Source: Candidatus Latescibacterota bacterium
GTDB lineage: Bacteria > Latescibacterota > UBA2968 > UBA8231
Reading direction: 5' to 3'
Assembly: GCA_965208105.1 (NCBI GenBank)
Contig: OZ242318.1
Coordinates: 4,128,001-4,192,000, forward strand
DNA length: 64,000 nucleotides
Shown here: positions 18,582 through 30,654 of the stretch, piece after piece
How the letters are laid out: the number at the start of each line of letters is the position of its first letter
Numbering within the stretch: the first letter of the stretch is position 1
The notes under the pieces: generated by a model
Database searches by the model: none
What the model saw: the letters and a program-made list of their open reading frames with translations, nothing else
Told to the model about the DNA's origin: nothing
Made by a program: the position numbers and the translations under genes

Positions 18582-19319
18582 ATGTTGGAACTGAGCGGGG
18601 TCTGCAAGTCATTCGGCAGCGTCCTGGCGGTGAAGCCCATGGATCTGAAGATCCGCTCGGGCGCAACTACCGTCCTGATCGGACCGAGCGGCTGCGGCAA
18701 ATCCACCTTGTTGCGGCTGATGATCCACCTGATACGTCCGGACGCAGGATCGGTTCGCTTCGAAGGAACCGAGTTTTCGGCCGAGGCCGCGCTCGTTCTG
18801 CGCCAGCGCATGGGATACGTGATCCAGGATGGCGGGCTGTTCCCCCATCTCACGGCGAGGGGGAATATCACTTTGATGGCGCGTTACCTGGGATGGAGCA
18901 CGGGGCGCGTAGAGGGACGGCTGGACGAGCTGAGCGCATTGACCCGGTTCCCTTCCGAGGGGCTCGATCGCTATCCGGTGCAACTCTCCGGAGGGCAGCG
19001 ACAGCGCGTGAGCCTGATGCGCGCCTTGATGCTGGACCCCGATGTCCTTCTTCTGGACGAGCCTCTGGCTGCCCTGGACCCCATGGTCCGCTTCGACCTG
19101 CAGAGAGATCTCAAGCAGGTTTTTCAAGCCCTGGGGAAGACGGTTGTCCTGGTGACCCACGATCTGGCCGAGGCCGGGTATTTGGGAGACGTGCTCGTGC
19201 TTCTGCGCGCAGGGAGCATCGTGCAGCAGGGATGTCTGGAAGAGTTGGTCCGCGCCCCCGCCGATCCATTCGTGACCCGATTCATCAACGCCCAGCGCAC
19301 CCCCCTGCAGACTCTTTGA
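18582..19319 (+). CDS. ABC transporter ATP-binding protein (OpuA/ProV/EgtV-like)
   Basis: GPSGCGKST, MGYVIQDGGLFPH, LSGGQRQR, LLLDEP, VTHD. Confidence 0.93.
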   Translation: MLELSGVCKSFGSVLAVKPMDLKIRSGATTVLIGPSGCGKSTLLRLMIHLIRPDAGSVRFEGTEFSAEAALVLRQRMGYVIQDGGLFPHLTARGNITLMARYLGWSTGRVEGRLDELSALTRFPSEGLDRYPVQLSGGQRQRVSLMRALMLDPDVLLLDEPLAALDPMVRFDLQRDLKQVFQALGKTVVLVTHDLAEAGYLGDVLVLLRAGSIVQQGCLEELVRAPADPFVTRFINAQRTPLQTL

Positions 19320-19329
19320 GAAGATCCCC

Positions 19330-20844
19330 ATGAAATTGAAGCGTTGCTCCGTTGCCCCTGTGCTGATGGCAGCCTGGTGGTCTGCGATGCCGGCCGCCGC
19401 GGCGGCGCCCGAGGTAAGGATCGGGTCCAAGAGTTTCACCGAGTCGGTGATTCTGGGTGAAATAGTTGGCCATCTCGTCGAATCCGCAGGAGGCCGGCCG
19501 CTGCACAAGCGCGAACTCGGAGGGACGAGAGTTTTGTGGAATGCCCTCCGGCGCGGAGACATCGACGTTTACCCCGAGTACAGCGGAACCATCAGCCAGG
19601 AGATCTTTGCGGGCAGGGGGCTCCACGGCGATGATGCCGTGCGCAATGCGCTTGCGGCCATGAGCATCCAGGTCAGCCGTCCCTTCGGCTTCAACAACAC
19701 CTACGCCATCGGGATGAGAGCGGACGTGGCAGACCGCCTGGGCATCGGCAAAATTTCGGACCTGATCCGCCATCCCGACCTCGAGTTCGGATTCAGTAAC
19801 GAGTTCATGGATCGAGGCGACGGTTGGCCTAGCCTGCGGCAGCTCTACGGGCTTCCCCAGCTCGAGGTGCATGGTCTGGACCACGATCTGGCCTACCGCG
19901 GTCTGGAAAGCGGTTCGATCCACGTTACCGACCTCTACTCCACCGACGCCGAAATTCGCTACTACGATTTGCGCGTCCTGGAGGACGACCGCGGTCACTT
20001 TCCCGCTTACAACGGAGTGCTCCTCTATCGAACCGATTTGCAGGAGCGCGCTCCGGAAGTGGTGGATGCTTTGTTGAAAATGGAAGGTCGGATTTCGGCT
20101 GCCGCCATGGTGGAGATGAATGCGCGGGCGAAATTGGAGAAGGTGCCGGAGAACCGGGTGGCAGCCGATTTCGCGACTTCAAATCTGGCAGTGAAGGCCA
20201 GGGTCCGAGACGAGGGAACGGCGATGCGCCTGCTGCGTTGGACCGGGGAGCACCTGCTTCTGGTGTGCATCTCACTGAGTGGCGCGGTCGCCGTTGCCGT
20301 CCCATTGGGCATCATGGCGGCGCGCTGGACCCGGGGCGGCCAGCTGATCCTGGGCTGCGTCGGGGTCATGCAGACGATTCCGGCGCTGGCGCTGCTCGTC
20401 CTCATGATTCCTCTGCTGGGCATCGGAGGTCCTCCCGCCCTGGCGGCGCTTTTCCTCTACAGCCTGTTGCCCATCGTGCGCAACACCTGTGCGGGGTTGC
20501 AGGACATCCCGGTGCAGATCCGGGAGTCGGCCGCTGCTCTGGGGTTGCCCTCGAAGACGCGCCTGCGGCTGGTGGAGTTGCCCCTGGCTTCGCGCTCCAT
20601 CGTGGCGGGGATCAAGACCGCGGCGGTGATCAACGTGGGCTTCGCCACTTTGGGAGCCCTGATAGGGGCCGGAGGCCTGGGACAGCCGATTCTCACCGGT
20701 ATCAGGCTTGACGACGTCGGATTGATCCTGCAGGGGGCGGTTCCCGCGGCTTTGCTTGCCCTCGCCGTGCAGGGATTGTTTGAATGGGTGGAGAAGTTTC
20801 TGGTGCCGAAGGGACTTCGCCTGAAGGGGGAGGTTGACTCGTGA
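19330..20844 (+). CDS. Fused substrate-binding + permease subunit of a betaine/ergothioneine-type ABC importer (OpuBC/EgtU-like)
   Basis: Signal peptide; IGSKSFTE, YPEYSGT, GFNNTYA, EFMDRGDG, DLYSTDA, FPAY; C-terminal permease QTIPALAL, LYSLLPIVRNT, ESAAALGL, LIGAGGLG. Confidence 0.92.
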   Translation: MKLKRCSVAPVLMAAWWSAMPAAAAAPEVRIGSKSFTESVILGEIVGHLVESAGGRPLHKRELGGTRVLWNALRRGDIDVYPEYSGTISQEIFAGRGLHGDDAVRNALAAMSIQVSRPFGFNNTYAIGMRADVADRLGIGKISDLIRHPDLEFGFSNEFMDRGDGWPSLRQLYGLPQLEVHGLDHDLAYRGLESGSIHVTDLYSTDAEIRYYDLRVLEDDRGHFPAYNGVLLYRTDLQERAPEVVDALLKMEGRISAAAMVEMNARAKLEKVPENRVAADFATSNLAVKARVRDEGTAMRLLRWTGEHLLLVCISLSGAVAVAVPLGIMAARWTRGGQLILGCVGVMQTIPALALLVLMIPLLGIGGPPALAALFLYSLLPIVRNTCAGLQDIPVQIRESAAALGLPSKTRLRLVELPLASRSIVAGIKTAAVINVGFATLGALIGAGGLGQPILTGIRLDDVGLILQGAVPAALLALAVQGLFEWVEKFLVPKGLRLKGEVDS

Positions 20845-20961
20845 ACCCTGCGAATGGGGTTCGGCGGGCACCCCCCGGCGGCCGTTCCCCGGGCAGTAGG
20901 GAAGAAACGGGGGCAGGCCGCTGCAAAGGGCCATGGTGGGGTTTACGCCCTTTTCTCCGTC

Positions 20962-20989
20962 TTGACAAAGATGCTCCGGCGCCTAGCTT
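20962..20989 (+). promoter_or_regulatory. Sigma70-type promoter
   Basis: TTGACA-16 nt-TAGCTT, 17 nt before ATG 21006. Confidence 0.45.
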
Positions 20990-21005
20990 CATTGTTCCCG
21001 GGTCG

Positions 21006-21467
21006 ATGCGAAGGATGGCCGCGATTCTATTGGGCCCCTGGGTTTGCGCAGCAGGGTGCGGGCTGGCGGATGGGGCGAAGGGTTCGGGAGAGGTGGAACG
21101 GCGAACCGAGGTGGTCGTCGAAGCTGGAGAGGGGTTGGGGGAGGCGGTGCGCGTAGACAGTGCGTTCTGGCAGCCGGGCCTCTTCGCGGTGGGGTCCGGG
21201 GACAGGCTGGAAGTTGACGGCAGGTTTCGAATAATCTTCCGCAACCTCACCGACCTTGAACTGGAAGTGCGCTACGATTTGCGCTTTCTCGACCGCGATG
21301 AATTTCTGATCGATCTGTTTATCCCATTTGGACAGCCCCTGGTGCTTGGGGCAGGTGCGGAGCGCGAGGTGGAAGGCACCTTCTCGATCCGCATCCGGGA
21401 AGAACGCGAAATTGATTTGATTGCCATCATGCGCATCGTTGCCAAGGTGGCAAAAAGAGAAAAGTAA
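21006..21467 (+). CDS. Putative lipoprotein (possibly YcfL/DUF1425-like Ig fold)
   Basis: MRRMAAILL..AAGC lipobox; FRNLT..LEVRYDLRFLDRD. Confidence 0.55.
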   Translation: MRRMAAILLGPWVCAAGCGLADGAKGSGEVERRTEVVVEAGEGLGEAVRVDSAFWQPGLFAVGSGDRLEVDGRFRIIFRNLTDLELEVRYDLRFLDRDEFLIDLFIPFGQPLVLGAGAEREVEGTFSIRIREEREIDLIAIMRIVAKVAKREK

Positions 21468-21502
21468 GAAACCACTCGGAAATTGGTTCCTTCCTTCTAA
21501 GC

Positions 21503-21579
21503 GTGCCCATAGCTCAGTTGGATAGAGCATCTGCCTTCTAAGCAGGCGGTCGCAGGTTCGAGTCCTGCTGGGCACGCCA
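21503..21579 (+). tRNA. tRNA-Arg(TCT)
   Basis: Acceptor GTGCCCA/TGGGCAC, D-arm AGCTCAGTTGGATAGAGC, anticodon loop CT-TCT-AA, T-arm GGTTCGAGTCC, encoded CCA. Confidence 0.97.
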
Positions 21580-21588
21580 GCTATCCAA

Positions 21589-21625
21589 GCCTGAAAATCT
21601 GCGAATGATTTTCGGGCATTTTTTT
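21589..21625 (+). terminator. Rho-independent terminator after the tRNA
   Basis: Stem GCCTGAAAATC/GATTTTCGGGC followed by ATTTTTTT. Confidence 0.8.
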
Positions 21626-21694
21626 GCCGTTCCCGATGTCATGGTCTCCACAGTCAAGGAGCCTGGAACTGCCAAAAGTGTGCTAATGAACGAG

Positions 21695-21721
21695 CAAAAG
21701 GTGCCATTATGGCACTTTTTG
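21695..21721. promoter_or_regulatory. Palindromic operator or enhancer candidate upstream of lon
   Basis: CAAAAGGTGCCA-TTA-TGGCACTTTTTG, 11 of 12 positions in inverted repeat. Confidence 0.55.
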
Positions 21722-21757
21722 ACAGGAGGAGAGGGTCTCAAGTGCTCAGGCCATGCA

Positions 21758-21772
21758 TGGCACAGAAATTGC
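21758..21772 (+). promoter_or_regulatory. Sigma54 (-24/-12) promoter upstream of lon
   Basis: TGGCAC-AGAAA-TTGC matches the TGGCAC-N5-TTGC consensus. Confidence 0.75.
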
Positions 21773-21883
21773 GATATGACTTTGCAAATATTTAAATCTT
21801 TTTGCTGCCTGGTTTCCCAATGGTCGAATAGCCTGACGGATCGCAGTTTACCGGCTCCTGCCGCAGCCAATACAGGGATAGTC

Positions 21884-24238
<2,355 letters not shown>

Positions 24239-24257
24239 CCGGAATGGGACGGATCTC

Positions 24258-25631
24258 TTGAATTCCACCATTACCCAGCAGGCCCGGGTCCTGGTTGTCT
24301 TGCCGGAATCTCCAGGGACCAAGGAACTGGTGACTTATCTGGAGCGCCGTGACTTCGAGGTGATGTGGGCGAGGGAGGGACAGAGCGCTTACGATATTCT
24401 CGACTCCGAGCCGGTGGACGCCCTGGTCTGCAGCCTCAGGGATGCGCGCATCGACGGGTTGCGCCTCCTGAGCCTGGCCCGCCAGCGCCGTGCCGAGATT
24501 TGCGCCATTTTAATCGCCGCGCCGGAGGAAATCGAATTGGGAACCGAAGCCATGCGCCAGGGCGCCTACGACTTTCAGTTGCACCCTCCGAACCTGGCCA
24601 AGATAAACGCCGTCCTCCAGCGCGGCCTCTCCTTCCAGCGTCTTGTTGGCGAGGTTTCCGACCTGCAGCGCCGCCTGGACGAGCGCTACCGCCTTGGGAG
24701 GATCGTGCGGCGCTCGTCTCTCTGGCAACGAATATGCAGCCAGGTCGAACAGGTCGCCCGGTCCAAGGCCAGCATCCTGATCGTCGGAGAAACCGGAACG
24801 GGCAAGGGGGAGGTGGCCAAGACCATACACCAGCAGAGTCGGCGCAGCGGACATCCCTTTGTAGAGATCAATTGCGGGGCCTTGCCCGAGGGTATCGTCG
24901 AGAGCGAGTTCTTCGGCCATGAGAAAGGGGCTTTCACCGGCGCGGCCACCGCGCGCAAGGGACGCTTCGAGCTGGCCGATGGGGGGACTCTCTTCCTCGA
25001 CGAAGTGGGAGACATCCCGCCGGCGACCCAGGTAAAACTGCTGCGCGTCATCCAGGATGGGGTGTTCGAGAGGGTAGGAGGATCCCGGACCCGCAAGGTG
25101 GACGTGCGCATCATCGCAGCAACCAACCGCAACCTGGGTGCAATGGTGGAACAGGGCACCTACAGGGCGGACCTGTTCTATCGGTTGCACGTGATTACCG
25201 TTGAGGTGCCTCCCCTGCGCGAATGCCGGGAAGATATTCCCCTGCTGATCGATGAGTTCATCCGCCAGTTCGCCGCCGAGAACAACAGGGATGTGGAGGG
25301 CATCAGGCCCGCGGCGGTCGATTTGCTGGCTGCCTACGACTGGCCCGGCAATGTGCGCGAACTCAAGAATTGCATCGAGGGGATGGTTGTAATGAGCCCC
25401 CGCTCCGGCCCCCTCGAGGTCACCGACATTCCACGTCACATCAGCGGCAAAGACCGCCAGTTCTCCGGTCTGCACCTGCGCGTCGGCATGTCCCTGGAGG
25501 AACTGGAGAAAGTCGCCATCGCGGAGACCTTGAAGGCGGTGAACTACGATCGCCGGCGCGCGGCGGAGATACTCAAAATCGGTCTCAGCACATTGTATCG
25601 CAAGGAAAGGGAGTACGGATTGAAAGGCTGA
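24258..25631 (+). CDS. Sigma54-dependent activator (receiver-AAA-Fis HTH) with atypical receiver domain
   Basis: [54 protein letters not shown]; start approximate (TTG 24258). Confidence 0.92.
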   Translation: MNSTITQQARVLVVLPESPGTKELVTYLERRDFEVMWAREGQSAYDILDSEPVDALVCSLRDARIDGLRLLSLARQRRAEICAILIAAPEEIELGTEAMRQGAYDFQLHPPNLAKINAVLQRGLSFQRLVGEVSDLQRRLDERYRLGRIVRRSSLWQRICSQVEQVARSKASILIVGETGTGKGEVAKTIHQQSRRSGHPFVEINCGALPEGIVESEFFGHEKGAFTGAATARKGRFELADGGTLFLDEVGDIPPATQVKLLRVIQDGVFERVGGSRTRKVDVRIIAATNRNLGAMVEQGTYRADLFYRLHVITVEVPPLRECREDIPLLIDEFIRQFAAENNRDVEGIRPAAVDLLAAYDWPGNVRELKNCIEGMVVMSPRSGPLEVTDIPRHISGKDRQFSGLHLRVGMSLEELEKVAIAETLKAVNYDRRRAAEILKIGLSTLYRKEREYGLKG

Positions 25632-25656
25632 GGGCGAGGAACCCGGAAGGTGGTCT

Positions 25657-27168
25657 TCAGGCCTGGTGGCTGTAGAAGTCCTTGATCAAGGCGTTCAGGG
25701 CCTCGTGAGGGTCGCCGAGAATGGCGGGGGTGATCTCGAATTCCCGCTGTTCGAGCAGTTTCAATCCGTGGCCGTAGTCGGCGAATAGTTCGGCGCAGAA
25801 CTCCTGGAGAGGCCGGCCTCGCTCGCGGGCGAGCCTTTTCACCATGGCCTCGGCCTCCGCCCCGAATTTCAGCCTGATGGCGTTGCTGGAGAAGAAGGTG
25901 TCGATGAAGGACTGCAGGGATTGATCCTCGAGGAGTTTTTGCAGCCCTGGCTGAGGATCCTCGACAAGGTCGGTAGTCACTGTAAACCGTTCAATCCCGG
26001 TGGAAGGGAGCTTCTTTTCAAAGTTGAGCAGAACCTTTTCTATGGCGCTCACCAGTCCCCGGGCGCCGATTTGTTCGCTGTGGGCGCGACGGGCAAGTAG
26101 CCGCAGGGCGCCGTCCTCGAACTCGACCTCGATGCCATAGGCTCGGAAGTCGCGCTTCTTGGCGAGTATCACGCTGCTTTTCGGGTTGCGCAGGATGCGA
26201 TAGAGATCCTCGCATTCGAGCTGGTCCAACACGGCTATGACCGGCAGCCGGCCGGTGAACTCCGATTCGAAACCGTAAGCAATCAGATCCTCCGCGCGCA
26301 CCTGCCGGAAGAGGGCCTCGGCCTTGTCGCTTTCCCTTCTGTCGGATGCGGTCAGACGGAATCCCATGGTGCCCTTGTTGAGACGCCTGGAGATGATTTC
26401 GTCGAGGCCGGCAAATGCACCGCTGACGATGAAGAGGATGTGGCGCGTGTTGATCTTTTTCCTTTCGAGCTTGCCGGTCTGCTGCATCTGGATGACCGAT
26501 TCCATCTGTGAGGCGATGTCGTGCGGCGCCTTGAGATCGACCTCGGTTTCCTCCATGAGCTTGAGCAGGTTGCGCTGGACACCGGAGCGCGACACGTCCG
26601 GGCCAATGCTGCTTTGGGAAGAGGCGATTTTGTCTATTTCGTCGATATAGATGATGCCGTACTGGGCCTTTTCGATGTCGCCGCCCGCCTCGCGCACCAG
26701 CTCGCGGACCATGTCTTCCACGTCGCCTCCGACGTAGCCGGTCTCACTGAATTTCGTGGCGTCTCCCTTGACGAAAGGCACGCCGAGCTTGCGTGCGATC
26801 AGTTTGATGAGGTAGGTCTTGCCCACGCCTGTGGGACCAATCATCAGGACGTTGTTCTTGATATTCCCCAGGAGATCCTCTTCCGGATCAGGAGGCAGGT
26901 TCAGCCGGTTGAAGTGGGTGCAGATCTTGGTGGCGAGTATGGCCTTGGCTTCGCGCTGCTGAATAACGTACTGGTCGAGATAGGCCTCGAGTTCCTCGGG
27001 TTTGAGATTGAAATTGAACTCTTCTTTGGTCTCCTGGGTTTGCTCTCCCGATCCCGGTCCCGCTGCTTCGGGCTGGGCCGCCGCCTCCGCTTGCTGCTGC
27101 TGTTGCTGGGCGAGAAGTCGACGCAACTGATCGGGGTCCAGCCCCATCTTTTCGGCCCGAGTATCCAT
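25657..27168 (-). CDS. ClpX-like AAA+ ATPase lacking the zinc-binding domain
   Basis: GPTGVGKT, DATKFSETGYVGGDVE, YIDEIDKI, DVSRSGVQ, ILFIVSGAF, EFTGRLP, GARGL. Confidence 0.85.
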   Translation of the reverse strand: MDTRAEKMGLDPDQLRRLLAQQQQQQAEAAAQPEAAGPGSGEQTQETKEEFNFNLKPEELEAYLDQYVIQQREAKAILATKICTHFNRLNLPPDPEEDLLGNIKNNVLMIGPTGVGKTYLIKLIARKLGVPFVKGDATKFSETGYVGGDVEDMVRELVREAGGDIEKAQYGIIYIDEIDKIASSQSSIGPDVSRSGVQRNLLKLMEETEVDLKAPHDIASQMESVIQMQQTGKLERKKINTRHILFIVSGAFAGLDEIISRRLNKGTMGFRLTASDRRESDKAEALFRQVRAEDLIAYGFESEFTGRLPVIAVLDQLECEDLYRILRNPKSSVILAKKRDFRAYGIEVEFEDGALRLLARRAHSEQIGARGLVSAIEKVLLNFEKKLPSTGIERFTVTTDLVEDPQPGLQKLLEDQSLQSFIDTFFSSNAIRLKFGAEAEAMVKRLARERGRPLQEFCAELFADYGHGLKLLEQREFEITPAILGDPHEALNALIKDFYSHQA

Positions 27169-27259
27169 GGCAAGGCTCTGATCGAGGAAGGTTCGAAGCA
27201 AGACAACAGGTAGTGTATATTGGGAATATACTGGTGATACCAGCCATTCACAAGCCTGC

Positions 27260-27288
27260 TTGACAGCGCCGATCGGGCCTTCTACATT
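27260..27288 (+). promoter_or_regulatory. Sigma70-type promoter
   Basis: TTGACA-17 nt-TACATT. Confidence 0.65.
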
Positions 27289-27332
27289 TGCTCAATTGGG
27301 GAGGCTTGTAGCTCGCAGGACTCGATCATCCC

Positions 27333-29351
27333 ATGTTCCGCACCGCGCACACCCATCTGATCATCCCGGTTATCTGTTTTCTTACCGCAGCTGGCGATCC
27401 CCTTGCGGCGCAGCAGCCGGCCCCCGTTTACTCGCCGGCCGCAGAAAAGATGTTCCACAAGGGAATTGAAGCGTACAGAGCGGGAAAGTACGAGCAGGCG
27501 CGGAGCTACACCGAGAAAATTCTGGAACTGGCGCCGAACCAGCGCTCCAGTGCCGCCCAACTGGTCCTTGGCAAAGCGTTGTTCCGGCTGCGCGAGTACG
27601 AGTCGGCCCTGGATGCGGCAAGGCAATTGCAGGAAAGATTCGGCGCCAGCCGTTACATTGCCGACTCTCACGTGGTGGCAGGAGATTCACACTATGCATT
27701 GAGCCGCTACTCTGAAGCCGCCGCGCAGTACGGCCGCGTGCTGTCCATGCCGGCGTCGCTGGAGCTGCAGGCCAGCGCCGCCGAGCGCCTGGCCGGGATG
27801 GGCAAGAACGGCCTTGTCCGGGAGGAAGCCCTTGACCGGATCAGGCGGGAGGTCGGCGCCGAGCGTCTTCGGGATGCCCTTCTGTTTGGAGAGGCATACT
27901 GGTATCGGCGCCTGGGCTGGGAGGCTCAGAGCCGAGAGGTGATGCAGACCTACCTGGACAGGTTTCCCCGTGGCATTTTCAGACCGTTGGCTGAAGGTTC
28001 GGATCCCCGGGCAGGCGCGAGGCAAACAGGGCCCGGCTCCCCGGACCCGGATCCGGTGCAGGTCGATGGAGGCAGGCAAGAGCCATTGCCGCGCCTGGGC
28101 CTGCTGCTGCCCCTATCCGGTCCCCAGCACCAGATCGGGGAAGACCTGTACGCCGGAATACAGTTGGCCAATGAGGAGTTGGGCGATCCCTTCGAGTTCA
28201 TTGTGGCGGACACGGGGTTCGAATATGGTGACCTGGTCATCGAAGAGAGCGAGAGCAACAAACTCCTGCGAATCGTCCTCGCCACCAAAACCCTGATTGA
28301 AGAGGAAGGGGTCGTGGCCATAATCGGCCCGGTCTTCAGCAGTTCCTGCGTTGCTGCAGCCGTCGTGGCCGCATCCGCCGGTGTGCCCCTGGTCGTACCC
28401 TTGGCGGACCAGAGCGGCCTGGATTCCCTGGGCAGGCATGTTTTTCAGATCAAGTCCGTTCCCGAAGTGCAGGGAAGGGTTCTGGCGGAGTACGCAACCC
28501 TGGTGCTGGGCATGGAAAAACTGGTGGCGATCGTCCCTCTGAGCGACTACGGCTGGAATTTCAGCCAGGAGTTCGCCGCCGTTGCCTACGCCAATGGAGG
28601 CGATGTGGTTTACATGGACTGGTACTACCCCGGGCAGACCAGGGACTTCAAATATTTTTTTGAAGAGGTGCGCCGGGTCGGATTCGCCCTGGAGCCGGTG
28701 GCGGAACCCGATTCAGCTGCCTTGGCATCCGCGGACTCATTATTGCAGACCGGTGGGACGGAACCTGTAGCCGATCCCCTCGGCGAGGAGGAGGCGGAAG
28801 TCGATTCCGCCGAGCTGTTCATCTCCACGATCGATGGAATAGCCGTTGTGGTGGAGGATTTTAAAGATGTCCAGACCATTGTTCCGCAGCTCTACTTTCA
28901 CCGCCTGGAAACCCGGATCCTGGGTAATGACGTGTGGAACAGCCCCGGAAGAATCCGCCAGATGGGCCGGATCGACCGCGCCCATCTCAAGGGAGCTGTC
29001 TTTGTTACGCAGCGCCAGGACTCGGCGCCGCTGGCAAGGGCGTTCATGGATTCCTTTCGCCGGCGCTTCGCACGAAACCCCGACCTCGCGGCCTATGGAT
29101 ACGACGCCGCCAGGCTGATCATTGGCGGCTGGACGCAGGGGCAACAGAGCAGAAGCGCCCTGGGCGAATGGCTCTCCGCCGTGCATGGATACGAGGGCGC
29201 CTCGGGAAGGATAAGCTTTGCAGCCGGAGGCCGCGCAAACGACGAACTGGTATTGCAGAAGATCGATCACAGGGGAAGGGTAGTCCCCCTCGAACCGGAA
29301 GACCTGCCCGATCTGGGCCCGGGGGATGACGAATTGTCCCCGGCAGAATAG
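27333..29351 (+). CDS. Secreted TPR + periplasmic-binding-fold protein (LpoA/LppC-like)
   Basis: Signal peptide, N-terminal TPR helices, LGLLLPLSG, AIIGPVFS, AAYGYDAA, YEGASGRISF. Confidence 0.75.
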   Translation: MFRTAHTHLIIPVICFLTAAGDPLAAQQPAPVYSPAAEKMFHKGIEAYRAGKYEQARSYTEKILELAPNQRSSAAQLVLGKALFRLREYESALDAARQLQERFGASRYIADSHVVAGDSHYALSRYSEAAAQYGRVLSMPASLELQASAAERLAGMGKNGLVREEALDRIRREVGAERLRDALLFGEAYWYRRLGWEAQSREVMQTYLDRFPRGIFRPLAEGSDPRAGARQTGPGSPDPDPVQVDGGRQEPLPRLGLLLPLSGPQHQIGEDLYAGIQLANEELGDPFEFIVADTGFEYGDLVIEESESNKLLRIVLATKTLIEEEGVVAIIGPVFSSSCVAAAVVAASAGVPLVVPLADQSGLDSLGRHVFQIKSVPEVQGRVLAEYATLVLGMEKLVAIVPLSDYGWNFSQEFAAVAYANGGDVVYMDWYYPGQTRDFKYFFEEVRRVGFALEPVAEPDSAALASADSLLQTGGTEPVADPLGEEEAEVDSAELFISTIDGIAVVVEDFKDVQTIVPQLYFHRLETRILGNDVWNSPGRIRQMGRIDRAHLKGAVFVTQRQDSAPLARAFMDSFRRRFARNPDLAAYGYDAARLIIGGWTQGQQSRSALGEWLSAVHGYEGASGRISFAAGGRANDELVLQKIDHRGRVVPLEPEDLPDLGPGDDELSPAE

Positions 29352-29446
29352 CTCGGCACCTGAGAACAGGCCGATTCAGCGAAGTGCCGAGGAAGGTTGG
29401 GATGCTCCGATGTCCCTTTGTTCAGGCCGCCGGTCTCGCGGAAATC

Positions 29447-29475
29447 TTGCGCATGGGAGGCAGGCATTTTATATT
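29447..29475 (+). promoter_or_regulatory. Sigma70-type promoter
   Basis: TTGCGC-17 nt-TATATT. Confidence 0.5.
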
Positions 29476-29585
29476 TTACGGCTCTGATAACCAGTACACC
29501 TACCCCGCCGGACTGTTGCGCGGCTGCAGCTAACAAGGGCGGCGCTTCTAACACAAATTGCCATATTGAGTTGCGGACGATATCC

Positions 29586-29915
29586 ATGCCCACCTACGAT
29601 TATGAATGTCAAAAATGCGGACATCAGTTCGAGGCCTTTCAAAGCATCACGGCTGAACCGTTGAAAACATGCGCCAAGTCGGATTGCAGGGGCGAGGTCA
29701 AGCGACTCATAGGCGCTGGGGCGGGGCTGCTTTTCAAGGGATCCGGATTCTACATTACGGACTACCGCAGCGAAGGATATCAAAAGGCGGCCAAGGCAGA
29801 AAAGGGCGACGGGGCAAAGGGTGAAGGGGCAAAAGGAGAAGGGGCCAAGGGCGAGGCTGCCAAGAAGGAATCCAAGTCCTCATCCAGTTCATCCGGTAAT
29901 TCCAAGGAGAATTGA
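29586..29915 (+). CDS. FmdB-family zinc-ribbon protein
   Basis: MPTYDYECQKCGHQFE..C....C..FKGSGFYITDY; KGEGA-repeat tail. Confidence 0.92.
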   Translation: MPTYDYECQKCGHQFEAFQSITAEPLKTCAKSDCRGEVKRLIGAGAGLLFKGSGFYITDYRSEGYQKAAKAEKGDGAKGEGAKGEGAKGEAAKKESKSSSSSSGNSKEN

Positions 29916-29919
29916 GCGG

Positions 29920-30483
29920 ATGGAATTCAGGGGAACTTATACGAAGAATACAAGGTTGAATAAACCGGTTATTTCCAGGTCGTGGCTTACAGGTGTAGCC
30001 ATTTTGGCAGCAGGATGGGGGATATGCCTGTGGGGGATGGCAGGTTGCGCGGATCAGACTCCCGAGCAACTGTTTTCCGCGGCAGAAGCCGCCGCCGCGG
30101 ATTCCTCGGGGCAGGATCGCGCCGTTCAGCACTTGACCGAGTTCCTGGGTCGATATCCGCAGCACGAGAGTTCTCCCAAAGCGCTCAAGCTGCTCGCCGT
30201 GATCGAGCAACAAAGGGGAAATGCGGAGGAATCAATATCCTATTACGAGCGTCTCCTCAGCGAGTATCCCAACAGCGGTCATGAGGCGGAAGCTCAGTTC
30301 ATGGTGGCCTACCTGCACGAGGAATACCTGCGGGATCTGGAACGGGCGCGGCTGGCCTATCAGCTGGTGATCGACAACTATCCCGAATCGGAACTGGCCG
30401 CCAGTGCCCGGTTTCTGATCTCCCATCTTGGACAGGACCCGGAAGAGTGGGTAGAGTTCGGGAACGGGAGTTCACCGCCCTGA
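29920..30483 (+). CDS. TPR lipoprotein (BamD/CpoB-like)
   Basis: MAGC lipobox; repeats ending RYPQH, EYPNS, NYPES. Confidence 0.7.
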   Translation: MEFRGTYTKNTRLNKPVISRSWLTGVAILAAGWGICLWGMAGCADQTPEQLFSAAEAAAADSSGQDRAVQHLTEFLGRYPQHESSPKALKLLAVIEQQRGNAEESISYYERLLSEYPNSGHEAEAQFMVAYLHEEYLRDLERARLAYQLVIDNYPESELAASARFLISHLGQDPEEWVEFGNGSSPP

Positions 30484-30654
30484 CCATGTTGGCCGGGCGG
30501 TGCAGGGGCGCTGCCAGCCCGCCTCACCTCCCCCCTATCTCATTCCAGTACAGGGGCCGGTTCGTCCTGTCCGCCCAGTTCTCATCCCTGCGGGCGGGGG
30601 GGTCATCCGGTGCCCGGCTCCCGGTTGGTTGCCGGCGGATATGCATGCAGAGGA

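Noticed and set aside
21493-21543. 10-bp direct repeat CCTTCTAAGC just upstream of the tRNA and in its anticodon arm, as a possible att site
   Set aside because: Short, on the 5' side, no integrase and no duplicated tRNA 3' end noticed in the window
21660-21686. CIRCE-like half site GTGTGCTAA upstream of lon
   Set aside because: No matching left arm at 9-nt spacing; none seen before htpG either
29352-29585. Possible 6S RNA or other ncRNA in the intergenic region
   Set aside because: Only short local hairpins; a sigma70 promoter explains the region
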